Origin: Promethearchaeota archaeon
GTDB lineage: Archaea > Asgardarchaeota > Lokiarchaeia > Sigyniarchaeales > SOKP01
DNA: 64,000 bases
Direction: 5' to 3'
Assembly: GCA_019058295.1 (NCBI GenBank)
Contig: JAHPZI010000017.1
Span: 34,917-98,916 of the forward strand
Of this stretch, positions 1 through 8,844 are shown piece by piece (position 1 is the stretch's first letter; each line of letters opens with the position of its first letter). The translations under genes were made by a program, and so were the position numbers. The notes below the pieces were generated by a model. That model made no database searches, was not told the origin of the DNA, and saw nothing but the letters and a program-made list of their open reading frames with translations.

Positions 1-406
1 TTATGAATTAGTGATAGATAATATTGAAATCATGACGTACGATAGTATAGAAAGAGATTTTGAATGTGAAACATGTTTAAATTTTGGAGATTGTTTACAT
101 CAAGCTCAGGCTTTTATCCTAATGATTAATATAGCAGAAAAAAATTCTATTGCCGAATTAAAAGAAATGTTCCAAAAAATTGTTAATAGATGCGAAGAAA
201 TAGGGAATGTTAAAACACCCATTTTGATTATTGGAAACAAAATTAACAATAAAGAAGTTATAAATTCAGAAGATATTAATACAACTTTCAATCTGAAAGA
301 ATTACAGGATTGTGGAATGAAACTTAAATATTTTCCAATAAATATTGCAAAAGAAAAAAAAAAAATTATAAAAGCTTTACGCTGGTTAATCCACCATATG
401 ATTTAA
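1..406 (+). CDS. Small GTPase-like protein (Arf/Rab/Roc-like), 5' truncated by window edge
   Basis: Frame is open from base 2; contains PILIIGNK (G4 NKxD-like motif); P-loop not in window. Confidence 0.55.
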   Translation, partial: YELVIDNIEIMTYDSIERDFECETCLNFGDCLHQAQAFILMINIAEKNSIAELKEMFQKIVNRCEEIGNVKTPILIIGNKINNKEVINSEDINTTFNLKELQDCGMKLKYFPINIAKEKKKIIKALRWLIHHMI

Positions 407-506
407 GATTTGGAGTGCATAATTTTTGAAATATTATTTAATGCTCTTATTTAAATTATAATATATTAGATCAAACTTATTTATTACATTTTAATTTATA
501 TTTAAT

Positions 507-818
507 ATGTCAGATATTCAATTACCTATTGTGATTACTAAAGAAGGATGCCCACATTGCCATGAATTTAAGGATTGGATGAAGGAAAACGAGCTTCCTT
601 ATGTCGAGAAAGACATTGACGATGAGGAATTTGTACAACAATTATTACAGGACTCTAATTTTGTAGGAATGTTTTGTGATAAAGAAGGATGTGTTGTGAA
701 TACACCAGTTATAATGTGGAAAGGAAAATATTGGTTTAAAGAATTATGGGGTATTTCTGGCCTACGGAAGAAAGAAGCTCAAAAGATATTTAAAGATTTA
801 TTCAAAGTGAAGGCATAA
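507..818 (+). CDS. Glutaredoxin-like protein
   Basis: CPHC motif near N-terminus and NTPVI cis-Pro motif; 103 aa. Confidence 0.85.
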   Translation: MSDIQLPIVITKEGCPHCHEFKDWMKENELPYVEKDIDDEEFVQQLLQDSNFVGMFCDKEGCVVNTPVIMWKGKYWFKELWGISGLRKKEAQKIFKDLFKVKA

Positions 819-836
819 TTATCTTCTTTTTTTTAT

Positions 837-1436
837 TTATTCTTTAAATTCCGCTAACCTTTTAATAACTTTTCTAATGCTTTTCAAACCCTCCTCGTCC
901 TGTTCTACGCCTTTTTTACCTAGGTCCTTGGTCCATAATGAGGCACCTAAATTAGCTCCAAATGCTCCTCCTGAAACGCAAATCACATGATTTTGTTGAT
1001 AAAAATCTAAAATTGATCTTATTGCGATTTCTTGTCCACCACTTCGATCCCCACCAACTGCTAAAGCTACTCCAATTTTGTTTTTGAATACATTTGGATT
1101 TTTGGCAATTAACGCACGACAGCGATCCATGATCGTTTTTAGTTGCCCCGATAAATTCCCTTGAAAAACAGGAGTTCCTAATAAGAGAAATTTTGCTATT
1201 TCTAACTTAGGGTAGAGTTCCGCTAAATTATCAACATGCATACATCCTTTTTTCTCACGAATGCAATAATCGCAATGGACGCAGAATTTTATGGTCTTTC
1301 CTCTAACTGTCCAAAATTCAGTTTCAAATCCAAATTTCTTTGCGGCATAATCCAATGCATATTCAACAGCAAACTCAGTCCCTTGATTTCGCGGACTTCC
1401 ACATATACCTAATAGTAGGTTTTTATTTTGAGCCAT
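837..1436 (-). CDS. Iron-sulfur flavoprotein (Isf) / NADPH-dependent FMN reductase family
   Basis: GSPR FMN-binding start, CVHCDYC-x6-C Fe-S motif, GTPVF and GGQE motifs. Confidence 0.9.
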   Translation of the reverse strand: MAQNKNLLLGICGSPRNQGTEFAVEYALDYAAKKFGFETEFWTVRGKTIKFCVHCDYCIREKKGCMHVDNLAELYPKLEIAKFLLLGTPVFQGNLSGQLKTIMDRCRALIAKNPNVFKNKIGVALAVGGDRSGGQEIAIRSILDFYQQNHVICVSGGAFGANLGASLWTKDLGKKGVEQDEEGLKSIRKVIKRLAEFKE

Positions 1437-1509
1437 AATATTACTTAATAGTATTATTTTATAAAATTATCCCTAAAAATTTTAAACGATTAATCTCTAT
1501 TAAGTAGCA

Positions 1510-2163
1510 ATGGTTTCAGAAAAATCAAGCTTAGCCCGTGTTAAAGTAAAGTTCCCAGATCAGATTTGGATAAGTGAAATCTTTAAAAAATTCAATGATA
1601 TTCAAATGGAAATCATTAATTTCCTTCCATATGATCTTGAAAAATCTATTGGAAACGCAATAATCGAGATTATGCATTATCAAATTAAATCTATTGTAGA
1701 AGTAATCAAGAACCATCCCTCAGTGTTTGAGTTTAGTATATTAGAACAGGAAGAGAACAAAATTAGGTTTAATGTTAAAACAAAAGATCCTTATTTGTTG
1801 TATGGAGTAATAAAATATGGAGTTTTAGTAAATTTCCCGGTTAAGGTCAAGGAGGGTTATGCTTATTGGAGGCTAATTTCAACGAGGAAAAGAATCGATG
1901 ATTTATTAACTCTTTTTGAAAATAAAGGAATTGATTTTGAATTATTAAGAATTGGTAATTCTCCTTATGAAATTGATGATCATAGTTCTAAATTAAGTTT
2001 TGAGGAAGATAAAATTTTAGAAAAAGCAATTAGTTCAGGATTTTTTGAAGTTCCTCGAAAAATCTCCTTAGAAGAATTAGCTAATGAATTGGGAAAATCT
2101 AAATCTGCTTTATCAGTTATGCTGAGAAAAATTATTAAAAAAAAGGTTGTCTTAAAAATTTAA
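1510..2163 (+). CDS. HTH-10 (bacterio-opsin activator C-terminal type) transcriptional regulator
   Basis: C-terminal GFFEVPRKISLEELANELGKSKSALSVMLRK signature. Confidence 0.85.
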   Translation: MVSEKSSLARVKVKFPDQIWISEIFKKFNDIQMEIINFLPYDLEKSIGNAIIEIMHYQIKSIVEVIKNHPSVFEFSILEQEENKIRFNVKTKDPYLLYGVIKYGVLVNFPVKVKEGYAYWRLISTRKRIDDLLTLFENKGIDFELLRIGNSPYEIDDHSSKLSFEEDKILEKAISSGFFEVPRKISLEELANELGKSKSALSVMLRKIIKKKVVLKI

Positions 2164-2941
2164 ATTTTCCTATTTTGAATAATTGAACCATCTCTGCCAA
2201 TGATGGTCTCCTCAACTGAAATTTGGCGATCAATCGTTTGTAGAATTGGATCTAAGAATATTTTAATTTTTTGACAGCAAGGAACTTCCATTAACACCAG
2301 TTTGATGCTTTCTATTGGATTTAATTTTAAAATTTGCTCCAATTTTTCCAACTCGACTTCTCCAAGACCTAACATCGGACAAACTGTTACCAATGGCTTT
2401 CCTCTAAGGATTTTTCTGTGAAAATCACCATAAGCAAATGGCGAACAGTCTGAGGCGATTACTAATTCTTTATTATTGAAATATGGAGCGGTAGGATTAA
2501 CTAATGTTAATTTTGTTGGCCATTGTCGTAATGCGGATGGAATTTCCCCTGTAAGTTCAGAATCTTCCCATATTTCCTCAAATACTATTGGTTGAGATGA
2601 TGGACAATTACATTGATGGGTGTGTGTAGATTTCTCCTTTTCCTTCAGTTTTTCTAAGTGGTTTTCTACAGCCTCCTCATCGAATGCTACCGCTTCTCTT
2701 TCTATGATCCTTAAAGCACCTTCAGGACATTCTCCAATACACGCACCAAGCCCATCACAAAATACATCATTCACAACTTTAGCTTTTCCATCAATAATTT
2801 CGAGGGCGCCTTTTATGCTACATAAGAGATAACTTATGTTTCTGCACAGGCGACCACACAATTACCACAGCCAGTACACAAATCATCATCAATTTTAATT
2901 ATCTTTCTATTCACTAATTTTCCTTTTTCAGTTAAAGTCAT
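2160..2941 (-). CDS. 2x[4Fe-4S] dicluster protein interrupted by a 29-nt BHB intron; exons 2941-2842 and 2812-2160, 250 aa after splicing
   Basis: ATG at 2941 downstream of GAGGT RBS. Exon 1 reads MTLTEKGKLVNRKIIKIDDDLCTGCGNCVVACA; the junction G|AA makes E; exon 2 continues GALEIIDGKAKVVNDVFCDGLGACIGECPEGA...QWP...ASDC...CP...MEVPCC. The ORF-track start at 2861 is an out-of-frame artefact. Confidence 0.88.
2813..2841 (-). other. Putative archaeal bulge-helix-bulge intron in an mRNA (29 nt)
   Basis: Outer helix CGCCU/AGGCG, 4-bp central helix GUGC/GCAU, 3-nt bulges AGA and AAA, inner stem ACAUAAG/CUUAUGU after one A.A mismatch. Cutting after the 2nd nt of each bulge restores the reading frame. 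Confidence 0.85.
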
Positions 2942-3004
2942 TTTTTTTTACCTCTTTTAGTTCTTATTTAAAGGATAATTAAAACTTGATATAATTTTAA
3001 TCTC

Positions 3005-3014
3005 GAACATGTTC
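3005..3014. promoter_or_regulatory. Palindrome GAACATGTTC, candidate transcription-factor site
   Basis: Perfect 10-bp palindrome just upstream of the TATA-like element of the intron-containing gene; TCGAACATGTTC recurs at 7408-7419. Confidence 0.5.
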
Positions 3015-3117
3015 TTGTTTTCTATTTCCCTTAAAATTTGGATTATTAAGACTTCGGCATGATATCTAATGTGTTAAGGTTAAAAAATGAAAAAAAAAAA
3101 TTAATTGTTTTTTATTC

Positions 3118-3136
3118 TTACTACTCTTCCTACCTA
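3118..3136. repeat. 19-bp direct repeat copy 1 (TTACTACTCTTCCTACCTA)
   Basis: Identical to 4228-4246. Confidence 0.9.
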
Positions 3137-4146
3137 GATTTGGGTTTCGCAATAATTCCTTTCTTAATTAAAACGATTATTACAGCAACGCCAGCGCCAA
3201 TACTAACAAGAACAACAACAATAATAATTAATCCTATTTCAAAACCAGCCTCATCATCATCATCATCGTCATCATCGGGGGTTGGCAGTGGTGTGGATGT
3301 AGCTTCTTTTAATTTGAATAAAATTGCCTTTTCTTTAACACCATTAGTAAAATCAAGAAGATCAATAGAGACATTGTTATAATTTATCAAATCACCGTTA
3401 TCTAACCCACTTACAGGATATGTTCTCATAAAAGAGAAGCCATTGACTGATGTAGTATTTTTGTATTGAAATTTAATGTTTCCATTTTCATAGAAAATGG
3501 CTTGGAATGTTTGGTTCTTATAAGAACCAAATTCTTGAATCCAATAATATTCTATTATTAACTTTCTATTAGGAGCAGTATCCTTAACTTCATAATACAC
3601 ACCACCATCCGAATCACCTGGATCTAGATCACATCCAAATAGAAAAATACTACCATTAAACATTCCCATATTAGGAGCATTGCAATCCTGTGGAATATAT
3701 GCAAGTTGAACTCCTTCAAATGAATCCCATTCATAATCTGTCGGATCTCCATGATAGGAAAATGTCATCCATCCATTTGTACACACATTAAGATATTCAT
3801 ATACTCGTCCGAAATATTTAAAGTTCCATGCTCCGATTTCTGTGAGATTTAATCTTTGAGAACCATCATCATCATTGGGAAGTCCACTAGTATCAACAAA
3901 GTTTGTCAATCTAGTTCCCGTTTCATTAATTTCAATCCAATTATAGCTCGCATTAATAGTCATAGTATAATTAAAACCAGGATTCCAGCCAGATGTCTTT
4001 AATGTAGCAGTTGAATTTTCATCAATTATTTTATTTTTTGTATTTGCATTATTTTCAATTATAGTTGGAAATACTGGTAAAATCAAAATTAAAAACAATA
4101 TAGCAAATAACCGTTCTTTTTTTTTTGTCAAATTTTTATCTACCAA
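3130..4146 (-). CDS. Membrane-anchored cell-surface protein with NIDO-like extracellular domain
   Basis: N-terminal signal/TM segment; FKYFG..Y..LNVCTNGWMTF and DLDP motifs; Pro/Thr plus poly-Asp linker; C-terminal TM helix and basic tail. Confidence 0.7.
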   Translation of the reverse strand: MVDKNLTKKKERLFAILFLILILPVFPTIIENNANTKNKIIDENSTATLKTSGWNPGFNYTMTINASYNWIEINETGTRLTNFVDTSGLPNDDDGSQRLNLTEIGAWNFKYFGRVYEYLNVCTNGWMTFSYHGDPTDYEWDSFEGVQLAYIPQDCNAPNMGMFNGSIFLFGCDLDPGDSDGGVYYEVKDTAPNRKLIIEYYWIQEFGSYKNQTFQAIFYENGNIKFQYKNTTSVNGFSFMRTYPVSGLDNGDLINYNNVSIDLLDFTNGVKEKAILFKLKEATSTPLPTPDDDDDDDDEAGFEIGLIIIVVVLVSIGAGVAVIIVLIKKGIIAKPKSR

Positions 4147-4227
4147 ATTTTATTGATAATTAAAGTTTTGACAAAAAAGTATTTAAAGGTTTTCAAAAAA
4201 AAAAAAAAATTGATAATTTTAATATTT

Positions 4228-4246
4228 TTACTACTCTTCCTACCTA
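4228..4246. repeat. 19-bp direct repeat copy 2
   Basis: Identical to 3118-3136; followed on the minus strand by an oligo-T run. Confidence 0.9.
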
Positions 4247-4249
4247 TAT

Positions 4250-4624
4250 TTAGGAGGACTTCCATAATCCATGGAGATTGCAATACTCCCGTGCCCAAAG
4301 TCCTTCCGTATCATCAACTACGAAGGTTGCTTTGGGTTCATCCCCTGGCTTTAAATTTACCTTTTCATAGAAATTATTACCTATTAAGTTAATCCATTGA
4401 ATCGAGTGTTCTTTAGTCATGGGATGAGGGGACCCCATAGAAATACCAACATCAACAGTTACGTTATTTCCATCAATTGTAATTTTTGGAACATGTTTCT
4501 CACCTTTCCAATCTGCTGTTTGTGGTTCTAATAACTCCATTTCTTGTTTACAACACTCTATATAGTCAGCTGTAGCGAAAAGGACCGTCCCGCATTTATT
4601 ACATTTATAAACTTCTTTTACCAT
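4250..4624 (-). CDS. dfx: Desulfoferrodoxin / 2Fe-superoxide reductase
   Basis: CxxC...CC desulforedoxin domain; EKHVP, HPM..EH and CNLHG motifs. Confidence 0.93.
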   Translation of the reverse strand: MVKEVYKCNKCGTVLFATADYIECCKQEMELLEPQTADWKGEKHVPKITIDGNNVTVDVGISMGSPHPMTKEHSIQWINLIGNNFYEKVNLKPGDEPKATFVVDDTEGLWAREYCNLHGLWKSS

Positions 4625-4736
4625 ATTGACACCTCTTTATATTATTAATCCTCACTTTTCTTTTTAACGTGTTAAGATTAAGAAATTAAATAAAAAAAAA
4701 AGATTTTATTTTTAAAAACATATTTGGTGCTGGTAA

Positions 4737-4907
4737 TCACAATTTAATTAAAGCAGCCCCAATAATTCCTACAATGACGCCAACAATTATTAGTACCCAG
4801 CCAATCATTATCATATCAGCAGAACCAGCAATAATCAAGACAGCACCAATGACGCCTAGTATAGCTGCAACCATATCAATTATGATTCCAACTTGTTTAG
4901 TTTCCAT
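4737..4907 (-). CDS. Small two-TM membrane protein (56 aa), not in ORF track
   Basis: GAGGT RBS then ATG; METKQVGIIIDMVAAILGVIGAVLIIAGSADMIMIGWVLIIVGVIVGIIGAALIKL. Confidence 0.75.
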   Translation of the reverse strand: METKQVGIIIDMVAAILGVIGAVLIIAGSADMIMIGWVLIIVGVIVGIIGAALIKL

Positions 4908-5043
4908 TTTTAATACCTCACATTTTATATTAATAAAAGAAAATTTGTTGTATGAATAATTTCAACTTTTAAATATTTAAAACTTACCAGTATTAAAAGG
5001 TAAATTAAGGAAAAAAAAATCAAATTGAAGAAAAAAATTATAT

Positions 5044-5361
5044 TTATTCAGATCTAATCATTATTAGCATCATTTTATACTTTTCAATTGCTTTTAGAGC
5101 GTGTGGCTCATTTGCGGGCATGATAAGCATTTGATCTTTTTTCAGATGGTAAGGTTTGCCACTAATTGTAATTTCTGCTTCACCATCAAAGATATAAACA
5201 AGAGCATCAAAAGGTGTCGTATGTTCGCTTAATCCTTGATCTTTATCGAAAGCAAAAAGGGTAACAGTACCTACCTTCTTATCGATTAAAGTTTTACTCA
5301 CAACTGAGTTATCTTGATAATCAATCAAACTATTCAGATTTTTAATAGAAGCTACTTCCAT
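5044..5361 (-). CDS. Cupin-domain protein
   Basis: GLSEHTTPFDA and PANEPHAL cupin motifs. Confidence 0.9.
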   Translation of the reverse strand: MEVASIKNLNSLIDYQDNSVVSKTLIDKKVGTVTLFAFDKDQGLSEHTTPFDALVYIFDGEAEITISGKPYHLKKDQMLIMPANEPHALKAIEKYKMMLIMIRSE

Positions 5362-5395
5362 TTCTTTTCCCTCAATACATAAGTAAAATTATAAA

Positions 5396-7300
5396 TCATA
5401 ATCCCAACTTCTTACGATTTGCTTCAATGTGTTCTAACATTGCATCAACAGCTTGAATCGTATCGGTTTCAACATGTAGGATTCCGCCAGTAACATCTTT
5501 ACAGTCAACAGTTAATAATTTGACTAAATCTGGTCCTCCTGTAACCGTAGGAACAGGATTCACATAGGTGTAAAGTCCAAACGCAAGTGCAAATATCGCA
5601 TCGATAGTTGCTTTTTGTTCCATATACTCCGGCGCGACAGCAACAACAGGTAAATCAGGGATTGGAACACCTCCAAGGGCATCTGAAACAGCGGCAACAA
5701 GATCTGCTACCCGTCCAGTATCCGTACATGTTCCATAACTTAGGACTGGAGGTGTACCCAATTTTTCACAAAGAGCCTTGAGACCTGGGCCTGCTAAATC
5801 TTTTGCTTCCGGAGAACATAATCCTGCAACCTGTACTCCTCCATTTCCACATCCCATAGAAAGCACCAAGACATCTCTTTTAATTAATTCTTTAGCTACA
5901 GCAACAGTATGTACATCTTGACCCTTATCTCTAAGACTTGTACAAGAAACAAGTCCCGCAACACCTCTTATAGTACCATCTTTTATTGCATCAAGAAGAG
6001 GTGTTAAGGATCCTCCTAAAGCTTCAACAATACTTTCTGTAGAAAAGCCAACCACAGCCTCATTCATATCTAATCCTATTACAGGATCTATGCTTTCATG
6101 GCGTTCCTTAAAATTATCAATTGCCATTTGAAGCAATGTTGCTGCTTGTTCTTCTGCTTTTTCAGGGATATAATCAAGTCTTTCATCAATTCCTTCAAAG
6201 GCAACTACTTCTGATACGGGAATTAATTTGAACTTGTATTTTTCAGCATAAAGTGGATCGATTGGCATTGAACAATTCATGTCGCATACAAATGCATCAA
6301 TACACCCACTTGCGAGAACTGCTTCTTGCATTATCCAATTTCCCGTAAAACCATAGAAAACATCGTCCATCTCCCATCTTTGAATCATTTCCTGTCCAGT
6401 TTCAATATTAGCGATAATTCGAAGGCCTTTAGCACCAACTGTTTTCGCTTTCTCTTGCCATTCAGGCTTTCTTGCCAATTGAACCATTGCAAATCCAAGG
6501 AACGGTTCATGTCCATTGGGTAAAATATTAACATAATCAGGATCTAATACACCAAGATTTACCCGCATTTTATGAGGCCTTGGAACATTAAAAAGAATAT
6601 CTTGAATAAATTCATTGACAATTTGACTTTGATATGCCATAGCAATTCCTAATCGCATTGCTTTTAAGGCTAAGCTTGCATAATATCCATCTACATTCGT
6701 CAAACATGAACTTGTAGAGAACATCATTTCACCATAAAGACCGCCAGGATAAATTCCAATTTTTTTCCATACATCTTGTCTTTCTTTAGGTGCTAAAGCT
6801 TCAACAACCTTGCTGGGCTCATCAAACGGTCTATTGAAATCTTCCTTAACGGCATTATATAATCTTAAAGCAATTTCATTATCCGAACCAGAAGTATCTA
6901 AACCTAATCGATTTGCAAAACTTTTTAATTTTTGCGGTTCACTAATTTTAAACGGAGTTTTTCCTTCAATTGTCGCTTTTAACGTTTTTAGTGTAGTTTC
7001 TGTGTGATAATGATATGTGGAAGTACCCATTACATTTCTTAGAAGCATCATCCGCATAGCCATACCATCCGCTGTGATTCCACAGACCCCTCGTTTATCA
7101 ATAGTTACATCTGCTCGACAAGGTCCATTAGAGCATAAATCACATCTAGCACCCTTTAAGCAGAATGGACATCTTTTATCGGGAACACCACCAAATCCTT
7201 GAGCTTCAAACCGATCCCAGATATTAATCATGCCATCTTTTTTTATACGTTCATAGACTTTTTGTACCGATTTATGATATGAAATTCTTTCTCCTTCCAT
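5396..7300 (-). CDS. cooS: CooS-family (Ni-CODH/HCP superfamily) protein with variant C-cluster ligands
   Basis: B-cluster CDLCSNGPC..CG; NGHEP, DMNC, VSC, GCG, GTCTD and EQKA motifs; IETGQE in place of canonical CCTGNE. Confidence 0.88.
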   Translation of the reverse strand: MEGERISYHKSVQKVYERIKKDGMINIWDRFEAQGFGGVPDKRCPFCLKGARCDLCSNGPCRADVTIDKRGVCGITADGMAMRMMLLRNVMGTSTYHYHTETTLKTLKATIEGKTPFKISEPQKLKSFANRLGLDTSGSDNEIALRLYNAVKEDFNRPFDEPSKVVEALAPKERQDVWKKIGIYPGGLYGEMMFSTSSCLTNVDGYYASLALKAMRLGIAMAYQSQIVNEFIQDILFNVPRPHKMRVNLGVLDPDYVNILPNGHEPFLGFAMVQLARKPEWQEKAKTVGAKGLRIIANIETGQEMIQRWEMDDVFYGFTGNWIMQEAVLASGCIDAFVCDMNCSMPIDPLYAEKYKFKLIPVSEVVAFEGIDERLDYIPEKAEEQAATLLQMAIDNFKERHESIDPVIGLDMNEAVVGFSTESIVEALGGSLTPLLDAIKDGTIRGVAGLVSCTSLRDKGQDVHTVAVAKELIKRDVLVLSMGCGNGGVQVAGLCSPEAKDLAGPGLKALCEKLGTPPVLSYGTCTDTGRVADLVAAVSDALGGVPIPDLPVVAVAPEYMEQKATIDAIFALAFGLYTYVNPVPTVTGGPDLVKLLTVDCKDVTGGILHVETDTIQAVDAMLEHIEANRKKLGL

Positions 7301-7409
7301 TTTTTTTCAAACCTTTATTTGTTTTAATTCTTTAGGAAAACTAAGTTTATAAATATAGTTCTTATAAACCAAATAACAAATAATTTATATCTAATTTAAA
7401 ATCTCTTTC

Positions 7410-7419
7410 GAACATGTTC
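7410..7419. promoter_or_regulatory. Palindrome GAACATGTTC in the divergent cooS / oxidoreductase promoter
   Basis: Second copy of the motif at 3005-3014. Confidence 0.5.
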
Positions 7420-7471
7420 AAATTTAGAACTTATAATAAAAACTTTAAAATATTAAAAAAACCATTAAAAA

Positions 7472-8827
7472 ATGATGAAAGTAGTAATTATAGGAAATGG
7501 AGTAGCAGGAATCTTTGCGGCTCAAAATATTCGCATGCTTGATAAAGAGGCGGAGCTCGAGATATATTCTCTTGAAAACTATCCCTATTATACTCGAATT
7601 AAACTTCCAGAATTGATTTCTGAGCAAGTAACTATTGAGGATCTAATTGTATTTAAACAAGAATGGTATAACACGAAGAATATAAAGGTCACTTTAGGTA
7701 AGAAAATAAATAGAATTCATCTTGAACATAAGCATGTATTCTTTGAGGGAGAGAGTGAGCCGATTAAGTATGATAAATTAATTATCGCTACAGGTAGCAT
7801 GCCAAATATTCCTCCGATCAAGAATGCAAATGAGATGGTTGGTAAAGGAGTCTTTACATTAAGAAATATTGATAATGCTTTAGAAATAAAAGAATACATA
7901 GATAAGAATAAGGTTTTAAAAGCAATCATTATAGGAGGCGGTTTATTAGGTCTTGAACTTGCTAAACAGATAAAAAATTGTGGATTAGACACTACTGTTG
8001 TGGAGTTTTTTCCGAGGCTATTACCAAGACAACTGGATGTTGATTGCGGAGGAATGCTAGAAAAAGTTATTGAGGATATGGGAATAAAGGTTGTTCTTAG
8101 CGCCACTACAGAAGAGATTCTTGGAGAGGAGAAAGTAAAAGGAATTAAATTGAAAGATGGGCGTGAATTTGAGGCAGAAATAGTGTTAATTCAAGCTGGA
8201 ATTAGAGCAACCATAGACTTAGCAAGACATACAGGCTTGGAAACTAATCGAGGAATTATAGTAAATAAATATTTAGAGACAAGTGTGGAGGATGTTTATG
8301 CTATTGGCGACTGCATTGAATTTAATAATCAAACTTGGGGTATTATTCCCGCATGTATAGAACAATCTAAAATCATTGCCGCCTCAGTGATTGGTAAGAA
8401 AACTGTAGAATATCAAGCTACTGTACCAAAAAATACACTTAAGATAGTTGGAATCGATTTAACTTCTGTTGGGGTGTTCGATCCCGAAGATATTGATCAA
8501 ATAGGAGCAGGATGGCGAATTCTGAAAGCTGTGGATAAGAAAGGGAATTGTTATAAAAAAATTGTCCTTAAAGATAATAAACTTAAAGGAGCAATCTTAT
8601 TTGGCGAAAAAAAGGCCATCCCATATGTTAACAAGAATATGGAATCCGAGATTCAAGAAGATGAGCTACGCAAGGCTGTTGGCATATATAAATGGATATG
8701 TGAAGAATGCGGATATGTCTATGATGAGGCAAAACAAGAATTATTATATAAAGACTTGCCCGAGGATTGGAAATGTAAATGTGGGAATTATAAAGATAAT
8801 TTTCAAAGGCAACCCCCTGAAGAATAA
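7472..8827 (+). CDS. NAD(P)H:rubredoxin oxidoreductase-like flavoprotein with C-terminal rubredoxin-like domain
   Basis: GNGVAG and GGGLLGLE dinucleotide folds, YAIGD; C-terminal WICEECGYVYD...WKCKCG. Confidence 0.88.
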   Translation: MMKVVIIGNGVAGIFAAQNIRMLDKEAELEIYSLENYPYYTRIKLPELISEQVTIEDLIVFKQEWYNTKNIKVTLGKKINRIHLEHKHVFFEGESEPIKYDKLIIATGSMPNIPPIKNANEMVGKGVFTLRNIDNALEIKEYIDKNKVLKAIIIGGGLLGLELAKQIKNCGLDTTVVEFFPRLLPRQLDVDCGGMLEKVIEDMGIKVVLSATTEEILGEEKVKGIKLKDGREFEAEIVLIQAGIRATIDLARHTGLETNRGIIVNKYLETSVEDVYAIGDCIEFNNQTWGIIPACIEQSKIIAASVIGKKTVEYQATVPKNTLKIVGIDLTSVGVFDPEDIDQIGAGWRILKAVDKKGNCYKKIVLKDNKLKGAILFGEKKAIPYVNKNMESEIQEDELRKAVGIYKWICEECGYVYDEAKQELLYKDLPEDWKCKCGNYKDNFQRQPPEE

Positions 8828-8844
8828 AATGGAGGTAAGGAATA

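Noticed and set aside
2811-2861. ORF-track N-terminus MCGRLCRNISYLLCSIK, or a programmed frameshift / simple pseudogene explanation
   Set aside because: It has no RBS and destroys the first Fe-S motif. A frameshift would insert ~10 foreign residues into the motif. Precise BHB geometry explains the lesion better, although a pseudogene is not formally excluded.
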